A stretch of DNA of 64,000 nucleotides from Pelomyxa schiedti (lineage: Eukaryota; Protista; Evosea). This document shows, one piece after another, positions 26,100 to 38,048 of the stretch. Location of the stretch: contig JAHLWZ010000857.1 of NCBI GenBank assembly GCA_020536535.1, forward strand, positions 1-64,000, read 5' to 3'. The notes below the pieces were generated by a model. That model saw nothing but the letters and a program-made list of their open reading frames with translations. It ran no database searches and was not told where the DNA came from. Made by a program: the position numbers and the translations under genes. Every line of letters begins with the position of its first letter. The stretch's first letter is position 1.

Positions 26100-26620
26100 C
26101 TTTACACCTCTTCCAATGAGGTGTCCACCGAAGTCGGGCAAATTTATTCACCAAACGCACCACGTCTTGCATCATAACCAAAAGTAAAGGGACGTTCAAT
26201 TGCAATACCTAAAAATTCTGTCTCACACCCATCACACCCACTCTCGAGAAGTTCCGAGGGTACTCAAAAGAGGCACAGGCAAGGAATGTCTGTCAACAAA
26301 AAAAAAATCGGGATAACCCAGACACCACAATCGTAGCTATTACCAGTCAGTATTGCACTCAGCATTACCGCTGCCATTACCAAGAAGTAATGGCGAATCG
26401 ATACACCCACTAAGCACTACTAAAGTACAAGGAATAAAGACTTTCAGAGCCAGAACTAACACTGGGAAAAGGAATTGATGCTGGTCAAGGTGGCCGAGGG
26501 CACACAAAAGTGGTGCTTTGTGATGTTTTTGTTTTTCGCACAAACGTACCAGAAACAGAGCACGTTAATCCGAATAAATTCCTAAAACCACGGATTGGCA
26601 CTTAGCAGAATGACCCGAAC
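26100..26620 (-). CDS. Possible small multi-exon hypothetical (hydrophobic) gene
   Basis: Intron-like GT...AG segments separate short open frames (RINVLCFCINSFSQ / CLVGVSIRHYFLVMAA / TFLACASFEYPRNFSR). Not recognised. Confidence 0.2.
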
Positions 26621-26807
26621 AAAAACCCAAAAACAAAACAAATAAAGGACGCTTCGAAAGGAGCCGTGCCCACCCCCACCCTTTTGGTTTTTTTTTTTTT
26701 TGTTTCGTGTCAGCCCACAGTGCTTTTTAACACATTACGGTCCATAGCACCACAAACAACCAAACAACCAAACATCAAAAAAAAAAAAAAATAAAAAAAA
26801 TAAAAAA

Positions 26808-29800
26808 ATGGCCAGCGCACCAAAGACCACAACACTGAGATCCAGTGACGGTTGCGAAGTGGTTGTGACGAGCACACCATTGGACACACCGACATTTGTA
26901 CCGGGGGACCCTCTGGGCTACGTGTACAAGGGAATGAAGTACAAGGACAAGGTGGCGTACGCGGCTCTTTCGCGCATGCAATCTGCTGCTGCTCCTACTT
27001 CTGCTTCTGCTTCGGCAAATTGTGGGACGGTGGCTACTACTGCCGAAAAGGATCTGTCGTTCTCCTCGGTGAAGGCGGAGATACGCGATTTTGGAGGGTA
27101 CAAGTGCGTGTGGATCAGCCACGACCAGTCATTTTTCAACGGCACTATTGGATGCGTGGAGGGCGAAGTAATGGCAAGGGCATTGGAGAAGGCCTACGAG
27201 TTGAAATTACCTTTGGTTTTATCTTGCTCGGGTGGTGGTTTACGAATTCAAGGTACGGTTTTGACTTTTTTTTTCCACTTTCCACTCTCCACTTCCTCCT
27301 CTCTTCGTTATGAACTCACTCTCTTTTCACAGAGGGTTCTTTTCCTATTCATGAGATGGCAAAGTACTTTACCATTATGAGCAAACTGAAAGATGCCGGC
27401 ATGCATCTTATACCCTCAATAAATCTAGTAACAAAACTTAGGAATTCCAACAATTAGTATCTTCAATAATCCGTCCCTTAGTGCAGCCACTGTCTATGGA
27501 TCGGCTTCAGATATAACAATAGGTTTAAGGAGCGCACGTATTGGAATTTTCGAGGAGCTGGAAATTCTTGAAACAGTATTCAAAGGGGATTATGCACCTT
27601 ATGATGTCACTTGTCCGCCTGCTTTTCAGACATCCCAATTCGTTTATGACAATGGCAGGCTAGACATTATCGTAGACCACGAAAACAGTGAATACTTACG
27701 CAAGTTATTACACATAGTTTCTGAGGGGAGGAGAGTGTGGCACGATACACCCAGATCTGAAATCAAGGCAATGCTAGAAGCAAAACTTGCTGAGCGCCCA
27801 TTAGTACCTCCCAGGATGGAAGTCGATTTTGATCTTGTTAAACTCCGTGATATGGGGAGAATACAAGTACAAGATTGCCTTGACCTTCTATTTGAGGAAT
27901 TCGTAGAGTTACATGGAGATGGAAATAACAGGTCAAATACATGTACCCGTGGAGGAGTTGCGCTTCTTAATGGACTCCCTGTGATGGTTATTGGTACAGA
28001 TAAGGGCCATACCCCAGAATTGATTGTTCAACGTAACTACGGAATGGTAAGCCCTGGGGACTTGCGCTTTGCTCGTAGGATTTTGCATATTGCTAGGCGA
28101 TGGAGATTCCCCTTGATTGTTCTGGCCGATTGCCCAGGAGCCTTGCCCACCTTTGAAAGCGAAGAAGGTGGTGTCTACAAAATAATCTCAGAGCTAAATC
28201 TTGGAATGACAAAGAGTAAAGTTCCAGTTATATCCTTCGTTCTTTCCGAAGCTGGGAGTGGTGGTGCCGCATGTTTATGCAATCATACCGACTCGCTTGT
28301 TATTCTTTCAAATGCCTATTTTGGAGTTATGACACCAGAGGCAGCAGCGTCAGTCCTTGGAGGAAGCACACCCAATATGGAACAAGGGGAGTTGATCAAC
28401 AAGATTATGAGTGCTCTGCAATTCCGGGGCCCCCAGCTTTTCAAGATGGGTCTGGTTGATCAAATCGTGCAAGAAGGAGAAACCATAAAAGAAACCATCG
28501 ATCAAATGAGAGCCTGCTTCTTTGCAGCTCTTGCCCCGCTCGTAGAGTTATCTCCTCAGGAACTGGTGGAAAAGCGCTTTCACAAATTCCGACCTTTACG
28601 TAAATCACTTCAAGAAGTGGGTGGTGAAGAAATGGAAGCCTTAATGAAAGAGTTCCAGAATGCTCTTAAAGCTCCACCACCTGCCAGACCAAGTACCCGA
28701 GGAAAACCTACCGGGCCTTCTAATGGAGTCACTACTGCTACTCCTGCCTATATGAGGTTTTTATCTGAAATGACGCTATTGGGGCTCAAGAAGTTTGACA
28801 CTGAGGGTAACGACGATGCTAAAAATGTGGAAGCTATAGAGGCCAAGCTTCCGAAGTTCGTGTTTGAAAAGCAAGACCTAGATCCCAGCTACCCAACCAT
28901 AAAGGCAATTCTTGACGGTTCAGGACCAGCAGCAGTTTCACAGTGGTTGATATTGCAAGGTCCCCACCAAGTTTTCTTCTCTGACACATCTTTGTGTGAC
29001 GGCCAGCAGTGTTTACTTTCTGGCCACGTACGTACACGCGATCTACTTGCTGTAGCAGATATCTTTTCACACACAGTGCTTGTAAACAGCAGCTCTCTTT
29101 TCTCCCTAGAGATTTGGGGGGAGGAAGTATTCCACTCATGTCTGACTACTCTTAATGAAGATCCTTGGGAACGCCTGAGACTCCTCAGAGCTTCACTACC
29201 ACAACATGTGGCACTTCAAATGGTGTTGAGTGGAGATTCCCTTGTTTCATTGAGTAAACAACCACGAGACGTAGCTCGTATATTTATCACAGCGGCCGCC
29301 AGGAATGGGATTGATGTGTTTAGGATTTATGACAATTTCAACAACGTGTCCAATATGATGGAAATTGCAGCCATCGTAAATGAATGCCAAAAAATTTCTG
29401 AACTGACAATCTGTTTCTGTGGGGACTTTGAGAACGAAACAGAGACAGTCTACACCTTGGATTACTATAAGGTTCATTGACTATTTGTTAACCAAGTGCA
29501 CTGACTTGTTACAGAGGTTAGCTAACTCTATTTCAAAAACGTGTGCCCATATTCTTGCCCTGGAGGACATGGCTGGAATTGTTAAACCGTCACATGCAGC
29601 TCCACTCCTGGCTGCTCTTCGGGAAGCTTCCGGCAACCGACTACCTATTCACTTTCATACCCATGACACCACTGGTGTTGGGCTTCAAACCGTTATCTCC
29701 ATGGTAGAAGAAGGGTGCGAAATCGTTGATGTATGCGTTCCCCAGTGTATGGCTGAGACCCCTTCACAACCATCCCTCAGCGCCCTCGCTCTTACTCTTA

Positions 29801-31041
29801 AATGCATAGCTTGTCCGCGAGAGGTTCAAGTAGACGCACCTTCACTTGCAGAGATGGACAGTGCCTGGAGGGGAATACTCCGCGCTCCATGGTATTCCAA
29901 GTTGAACGTACACCATTGTCCATCCACAGCTGCTTACAGTCATGCCCTACCTGGGTGGCAGTACAATACTATGTACCGTAAATGCCAGCGAGAACACATA
30001 GAACACCTCATTCCCCAAGTGCTGGTAGCATACAAACAAACCGATTTAGCACTAGGTCGGATCATCAAAGTTACAGCAGTCAGTACCGCTGTGCTGGATC
30101 ACGCCATACACAGTGTCGTTAAGGGAGTGGATGCGACAACCGCACTGTTGGCAGACAAAATATGTCCCATTCCGCAAACTGTGAAGGACATGCTGAATGG
30201 TGTCTATGGAATGCCGGAAGCTGGTTTTCCTGCTGGAATTCTTTCCGCCACAGCCTCCAACCCCTTGAAGCATGGGGCACCACCAGAGTTAGACCTGGAA
30301 AATGTTTCCAATAGGGTCAAAAAAGCTTTCCCCAATGCCCCTACCCCAACTCCTATGGAGTACATCCTGAATGCTGCTCTTTTCAATGATGCCTATCTCG
30401 TTCAACATGCCAAATGGGTGAACCACTATGGTACACTCACGTCGGGAATTCCATCAAGGGCCTTCTGGAGTGGGATGCCGGTGGGGTCGTCAGTTCATAT
30501 CCACAACTACTCGTCCTTATCCGGAAACCACTGCCCACCCTCCTCACTGCTCCCTGCGTACGTCCCCCCCAATCTGTCCCCCTCACTCCTGCCGAGTCCG
30601 TCGCCAGGGTTCCCCACAATTTCTCCCATAGTCCTCATCTCGCACTCGCCCACCCTTTGCCGCTCCCGCTCCCCGTCACCATCACCCATCCCCTCACCCT
30701 GCGTGTCCCCAAGCATACCGCCCGTATCAATCACACCACTTCTGACCCCCTCCATCTTCCCCGTGTCGCCGAAGCTCCCCTCTCCCTGCCTATCTCCCAT
30801 CCCTGTACAGTCCGCGTCCGCTTTAGCCGAAGCCAAGCTTCTGTCCGCAGAGACCCCTCAGATCCTCACTCTGAAGCTCAACAGAGTTTCGCCAGCAACA
30901 CGGACTGGTTCTCGCACAGTCTCGTTCCAGTTGGATGGAAAGGACACTTTTGACTATAATGACGAGGGTCCCCAGGCAAGTATTACTCAAAGCTCATTCA
31001 TTGACATCAGGACAATCCTTTCAAACGTGGGTTTGTTGTGA
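26808..31041 (+). CDS. AccD-AccA-pyruvate carboxyltransferase (PycB/OadA TIM-barrel) fusion, transcarboxylase-like, lacking a biotin carrier domain
   Basis: AccD: GDPLGY..MKYKDKV, HDQSFFNGTIGCVEGE, SGGGLRIQEG, FQTSQFVYDNGRLDIIVD. AccA: FVELHGD, RNYGMVSPG, DCPGA, SEAGSGGA, YFGVMTPE. PycB: LEIWGE, EDPWERLRLLR, NGIDVFRIYD, EDMAGIVKP, IHFHTHDTTG, IIKVT. Confidence 0.88.
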
Positions 31042-31088
31042 GGAGAAAAAAAGGCAGTAAGAAAAAGAAAAAACAGTTTTTTTTTTGT

Positions 31089-33375
31089 CTATGGGAAGTT
31101 GACAGACAAGGCCAAAGGCACAAGAGAATCAGTGACAGCATTTCCCAAGTCAGCCCCCTCTGCTTGTATTTCCGTAAACAAATTACTGAAATAGTGTTGA
31201 TCCTGGATAGAAATTAGCATTGGGAGCACAGTTATGTGCCAAACTTGGTGTAGCTGGTCCTGAATCCCTGTGAGGCATTGTGTGAGTTTCTCTGTGTCTG
31301 GTCCACAATCTGGCAGTGAATCCGCTAACATTGTGTAATGCTGTTGAACAGACTGCAAAATAAACTCAAGGCGGGCAAGTTTCTCCACTTCTTTGGCTTC
31401 AGAAAGGAAAAAGAAATAAGTGTGAACTTACATTCTTCATCTGTAGCTCTGTCCAAGTTCTTACCAAGATTCACTCTGTGAAATCGCGCACGGTTGTCGA
31501 GCTCTCCTTGGTATCTCAATGTGGTTTCTTGGGTAGCCTTTTTTTTTTTGTTATTTTTTCTTTTTTTCACCTTGTGCCAGTAACCACAGTAATGTCTTTG
31601 GGTAATTGGCCAAGAACAGTTTTTTCTTCTTCACAAAAAGCATCCAAATTCTTAGTGCTTTCTGGTACAGTCAAAATGTGTACGAGGAGTGGGAAGAATA
31701 CCAATGAAATCCCTTTGAGAACTGTTCAATGAAACAATACTGTGCCCGGCATGTTTGTCATTGAGGCATTCCTCACAGACAGCACTTTCACAACTTGTGC
31801 ATATTAATGTTATGGCTATGTCTGTATGCACTGGACAGGTAGAGGTATCAGTGACTGTGTGCATTTTTAATGGAAGAGGCTTTATATGACGTCAACGTGT
31901 AGAAAGAATGAAGTGAGTGTTTACCTTGTGGCGTGACCATTTTGGGCCAGAGTGCCTTCTTGCATAACAGCAATCACAAAAAATGAGGCCTTTACAGAAT
32001 GCAATACTGTTGCACGTCTTAGTTCCTTGTGCTGAGTCTTGACAATTAGGGAGATTGCATGACGGGCCACCACTCTGGTTCCCCATTAGGGGCAGAAATA
32101 TGAATTTGAGCTACCAGATATCTTTTCACTTGCTCATTCACTTCCCTGAGCAGCGTATTTTGTTGTGCTGTCGGTGCTTTTTTTTTTAAACAAAAACATT
32201 CAGAAAATAAGACTATACTATTTACAGGTGAGTTCAGCAATTTGATAACAGATAGGACAATTGAAACATCTTGGTGGAGAAGTCTGGCAAGACACGAGGA
32301 TAAGCAGAAATGCGATAAAATATATAGATATTATGTAAAGAGAGACTGAGAATCAAACCTCGGTCACAGGGAATATTGTTAGCATATCCGCTACGCACTT
32401 GCGGCAAAAAATGTGACCACAGGACACTACCACGGGGTCTAAGTACATGTTGAAGCAGCACCCGCACGTCAAGTACCTTGAACCGGAGGTGCCGTTACCT
32501 GCCGAAACAGCCTCATCCGAAAGGAAGACATGTTCTCCTGCCGTAGCCTCGCCCATTCCACCGTGCTTTTCTATTACTATTCCTAGCTCAGTACTCTTCA
32601 CACCCATAAGTGTGCCTGCGCTTGTGCTTGTGCTTGTGCTTGTGCTTGTGCTTGCGCTTGCGCTTGGGCTTGGGCTTGGGCTTGGGCTTGGGCTTGGGTT
32701 TGTGATTGTGATTGTGTTATTTACGTTTGCACTTGCTTTCATCGTGCTTGTGCCGGTACTTGGAACAGGTGGCAAGGCCTGGGAGATTGATGAGAATGAC
32801 GGGCTAGCAGGAACCGTCCTAGAAGTGATGGGCAGCGGGGGCAGAGGCTTAGAGCGCACCACAAAAGCGTCTCCCATCACACCCAGTGCGGGGCTCATGG
32901 GAGTCGCCCTGGGCGCCGCCGCCGGTGTCGGCGGAGACAAGGGCCTTGCAGTCGTCGTCGTGGTCGTCGTCGTCGCCGTTGTTGTCGCCGCTGGTTCTGC
33001 CGGGAAGGAACACAGGGCCGTGGGGATTGGGCGAAGGAGAGCGGGCGGGGACAAGGCCCGCATGGGTGTGCCCGGAGGGTACGGCGAGGGTGAGGGCGAG
33101 GCGCAGGGGGAGAAGGGAGGCGGCATCCTGGGGAGCGCACGGAGGTCGACGGGAGGCGGCATGTCCGCGGCGGTGACGGGGGACCGAGGCGGGGGCGCCG
33201 CGGGGCCCCGGGCGAAGGGGGGCGGCGCCCGAGGCGCCACTATCGCGGGCACAACAACGTGGGGCACAACAGGCGCCACGTAAGGCAGCGGGACAACCAC
33301 AGGAATCGCAGGGGGCCCCTGCTCATTAGCCACTGGAGGCACTGAGGCCCCGTTGCCGCTCAAGTTGGGATCCAT
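31089..33375 (-). CDS. TRIM/RBCC-like protein: Pro-rich N-terminus, RING, B-box1, B-box2, coiled coil (multi-exon)
   Basis: RING CGCC...SCGHIFCRKC...CPIC. B-box1 CNLPNC...C...FCDCCYARRH...H. B-box2 CPVH...LICTSCESAVCEEC...KHAGH. Helical C-terminus. Confidence 0.82.
32620..32697. repeat. Coding hexamer microsatellite (GTGCTT)n-(GCGCTT)n-(GGGCTT)n
   Basis: Tandem hexamers encoding PSPSPS-ASAS-TSTSTS in the TRIM gene. Confidence 0.85.
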
Positions 33376-33447
33376 TTTCTGTGATCAAATTTGCTGGCCA
33401 GTCGTTTCTGTTTGGCCGAAACCTGTGCCTTTTTTTTTCAACGACGG

Positions 33448-34820
33448 ATGTCGCTTGGATCGTATGCGGATGTTGTGTTGTGCACTCGCGGTCCCGTATT
33501 GTTCACGGCACCACATGGCAGGCCGGTCGTGAGGCCAGGGGCCCCGCCGGGGGGCGACGGCGGGGGCTCCGCCCACACCCACGCACGGGAGCGCTACACC
33601 TCGGAGATCTGCGTGTCTCTGGCCCGCCTGCTGCGCGCCAGCTTCGCCGTATGGAGCCCGCCGTGCCTCCCAGGCCCGGCCCCCGCGGGCCCCCGCGCGC
33701 CCTGGTGCCCCAAGTGCGGCGGCGACCCCAGCCACGGCCCCGAGCAGCGAGTGCGTGAGGGGGAGGAGGCCGCGGGGACCAGGAAAGGGCTCCTGCAGGC
33801 CAGGAGTGATTTCTTCAGCAGGCCCAGCGAGGGCTGCAAGGGCGACCCTAGTTACATGCCTCCTGCGTCGAGGGAGTTTGGGAGGTCTCCCTGGTGCATG
33901 GCTGCGAGGAGGTTTATGCAGTCACAACAACTGAGAAGTAGCCCGTGCATGGTCGTTGACATTCACGGCAAGGTAGGGTTCCGTTTGTTATTATGGGGGG
34001 CGGTTTTTTCAAATCTTTTTTTTTTTTACTTTCATATTTATTGTGGTTGTATCTATGGTTTGGACTTGGTAATGTTTAAGTCAAATGTTTCTTTTTTTGG
34101 TCTTTGGCTAGTCAGTACGTGGTTTGTGTGCTGTTTTGTCTAATGACTGGCAACAAGTTCTTCCTACCACCTTAGGCAGATAGACCACACGACCTTGATA
34201 TAGATGTTGGAATTGGGGCCATGGAAGCTCTGTGGTATTCAGATAAGAGGATCCAGCCGGCTTCAGGAAGCAAGGGCGCCACCAAAATGTCGTCATTGGA
34301 TAATTTGAAGACAATCGTATCTGCAAGCCTCAAGTGGGCTCTTTCAGGCCATGGGGCTGTAAGCACAGCCCCGCAAGCTGTACCTGGAGTTATTGTACCG
34401 TTTGGAGTTCAGTGCAATCCCAAGATGAGCGGGTACCGAGGAACGCTTTCACAGCACACTCCCGGTGCTACGCTGAGCCATCAGTGTGTTCTCCTTGGAA
34501 TTCCGGCCATTCAACTGGAGCTACCCTACAGTGTAAGGAAGAAAGTAGTACACTCACCTGAATTTGCGGCATCCATCGCCGCAGCATTATCTGTAACTTT
34601 CCAAAGGTGCATAGAAGGACTTATGGCGGAATCAAACAAACACAGTACGCAAGGGCAGCAACAGCCACCCACACAACAGAAGCCAAACATGACTGTTGGC
34701 GGAATACTACGAACCGTGCACCACGTGAACGAGTCACTCATCCTGGATAACCTCAAAAGCCTTGATGTACTCAGCAGGACTGAAAACAAACCAACAGAAG
34801 AGTGCATGTATCCATACTGA
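33448..34820 (+). CDS. N-formylglutamate amidohydrolase-like (Zn-exopeptidase fold) protein (two exons)
   Basis: VLFTAPHG, ERYTSEI, DPSYM, VVDIHGK, DIDVGIG, IPAIQLELPYSVR. Confidence 0.6.
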
Positions 34821-34948
34821 ACCTTACAACCAAAAAAAAAAACCCAATCTTTCTAACCTGCTGTTCCCCAACAAATCGAACAAAACAAACATCGTCGAAA
34901 AAAAACCGTGACCATTGTTCTCTAGAAACAAACAAAAAAAAAAAAGTC

Positions 34949-37948
34949 ATGGGGCGTTTCGGCCGGTGGTTGGTTGTGTGTTGCATCGCAGCCACTGTGG
35001 GCTGGCAGGGGGCGGGGGCCAGAGCGCGAGCACAGGCACGGACGGGGGACCCTGCGGGGGAGGCGGAGGCGGCGGGGCAGCTGATCGCGAGGGCGATGGA
35101 GGGGGCGACGGGGGCGGCGCTGCCCGCGTTTGTGGTGTCTGTGCTGCGGGCCAGCGGGGGCCAGGGCCGGGGGGATTACTTCGAGCTGGAGACCGGGAGC
35201 GACGGCGGGGCGACGGTGTACGTCACGGCGGGGTCGGGCGTGGCCGCGGCCAGCGGGTTCCACTGGTACTTGAAGTACTTTTGCAATTGCTCCTTGTCTT
35301 GGTACGCTGCCGCTGGGTTTTTCCTTCCTTATGGGATGGGTTTTTTTTTTTGGTTTTTTGGTTTAATGAACAACACTTCACAAAAGGTTTGGAAATGAAT
35401 TGGTTTTTCCAAATCCTCTGCCACTTGTTCCTTTTGAACACCATGACAGTCCTTATGATTATGGCTACTACTTCAACGTGTGTACATTTGGTGTGCACCT
35501 GTGTGAAACTCCACCATAAGGTAACAATAATGCCTTAGGTTATTCCACTGTTTGGTGGGTAAGTTGTAAGTATTTCCATTGGTCCCGACTGAATTGTTGA
35601 TTCCAAAGGATTGGGACCGGTGGGAAGAGGAAATAGATTGGATGGCAATGAATGGAGTCAATTTACCTCTTGCTTTTGTTGGGCAGGAGTATGTATGGCA
35701 AATTGTTTACAACGAGCTTGGCATCTCCAATGAAGAGCTTGAGAGTTACTTTGGAGGTCCTGCCTTTTTACCGTGGCAGAGGATGGGAAATGTTGACGGG
35801 TGGCCATGTATGGTTCAGAAACACGAGATTTTTTCCATGCTCACACTGTTCAGACCCTCTTCCTCAATCATGGATTGTTGCACAAAAGTCTCTGCAACTC
35901 CAGGTTCGAACTACTTAAGTTAGTCCAATATTTTCATCATCTCCACAGATACTCGAGCGTATGCGCTCTCTTGGAATGACTCCAGTACTTCCAGGTTTTT
36001 CTGGGCATGTGCCAGCTGCCATTCAACAGCATTATCCAAACGCTTCCATAACGCAATTGGATCCCTGGCAGAGGGGTTTCACAGGAACATTTTTCTTAGA
36101 TCCACTGGACCCACTTTTCAATAAAGTAAACTGCGTTTTCACCTGCCTGTCAACCAATACAAGAAATAGATAGGGTCTCTCCTCGTTCAACAAATCACGG
36201 AGATATTTGGCTCAGACCATTACTATTCATGTGACCCCTTCAATGAAATCCTTCCTCCAAGTGATGATCCCGCCTACTTGACCACTGTTTCCGCCTCTGT
36301 ATAACGCGTAATTTCAATTTTAATATTAATTTTGCCAAGATATACAGTGCTATGGCAACAGCAGATCCAAGTGCTATCTGGGTGCTCCAAGCATGGTTTT
36401 TAGTGTCATCTCCTCTCTTTTGGAAGACTGAACAGACACAAGCATTCTTGAATGGCGGTACCACATTTCACCGCAGTGGGATTACAATAACTTTTGGCTT
36501 CAATATTTTTTTCCTACAGTTGCCACTGAGGACCTCATTCTCCTTGACCTGTGGGCTGAAGTTGATCCCATTTGGGATGATGATCTCTTCTTTGGAAAAC
36601 AGTTCGTGTGGAATATGCTTCATAATTATGGAGGACGCTCAGGAATGTATGCAACCCTTCCAAGAGTGGCCACTGGTCCAATTACAGCTCTCCAAAATGG
36701 CTCTGCAAATATCGTAGGCACCGGCTTCACACCTGAGGCAATTGAAACGAATCCTGTTGGTTGGAGCCATATCTACCTTGGTCTATATTTATTTTCCTTA
36801 CTGCAGCCTATGACCTCATGGGTGAAATGCGTTGGCGAACAACTGCCCCGGACCTTGACCTCTGGGTTCAATCCTACGCTATTCGCAGATATGGCATCGA
36901 AATCCCTGAACTTATTACTGCATGGTCTCTGCTCCAAAATAGTGTCTACAACTGTGAGCGGCGCCAGGCAGGGACCTCAGGATCAATTGTGGCTGCACGC
37001 CCAGATCTTGTAATACCTGTAGTTGGCTGTTGCGCTGTAAGCAAACTGCGGACAAATTAATCTCACGGCTAAGTCAAATATAGGTCACTCCCCTCTACTG
37101 GGACCCTGTTGATGTATGTGAGGCATGGACATTGATGACACAAGTGGCAAACCAACTAAGAGATCACCCTACATTTACTTATGACCTTACTACCGTGACA
37201 GCACAGGTAAGTTTTTACGCCTTAAATAGAACTCAGACTTTTCACAGGTTCTAAGCACATTAATGCTCGGATACCACAGGTCTCTTGTAGCAAGCTTTCA
37301 TGAAGATACCAGTATTACCTTTGAGAAAGCTGCAAGTAAAATCGAGTCTTTGATACAAGGTATATATCACGAGAGTAGTTAAATAGAAAACCGACTTTGA
37401 TTACACAGATATGGATGAAATTCTTGCAGTGATCTCCTACTCTTTTTTCCCGCAATTTCTTCACTTAACCTCATAACTTTGATAGACACAAGAAAAACTT
37501 CTCCTTGGAACATGGCTTGAAGATGCCAAGCAATGGGCCCAAACTGACGACGAATGGACCAATTATCAATACAACGCCCGGCTACAAATCACCCTCTGGG
37601 GCCCCCCTCTGACCCACCTCAATGACTACGCGTAATTCCACTCCTAATCCCAATCCCAATCTTCCTCCCTATTCCTTTCTTTTTCTCACTATGAATAGGT
37701 ACAAGCTGTGGTCTGGCCTTGTCTCGGATTTCTACCTCCCTCGCTGGGACACATTCATTGGCTCACTACGGGACTACATAGGACACCATGAGGACTGGAA
37801 TCTGACGGCATACCGCCACGAAGTCAGTGCCGTGGAGGAGGCCTGGACACTCAATACTGATGACAGTAATTATCCAAGCACCGCTCAAGGGAATTCAGTG
37901 GATGTGGCTCTTTCCTTATATGAAAAATACAAGTCGGAGTGCCAATAG
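34949..37948 (+). CDS. NAGLU: Alpha-N-acetylglucosaminidase, GH89 (multi-exon)
   Basis: Signal peptide, [95 protein letters not shown]. Confidence 0.95.
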
Positions 37949-38048
37949 AATTCTCCATTCTAGCAACTCACTCTCACCTCTAATATTCACCATAAGAGAA
38001 GCTTATTAGTTCATGCCTTCTTTTTTTGTTGTTTTTCCGGAGTCAAAC

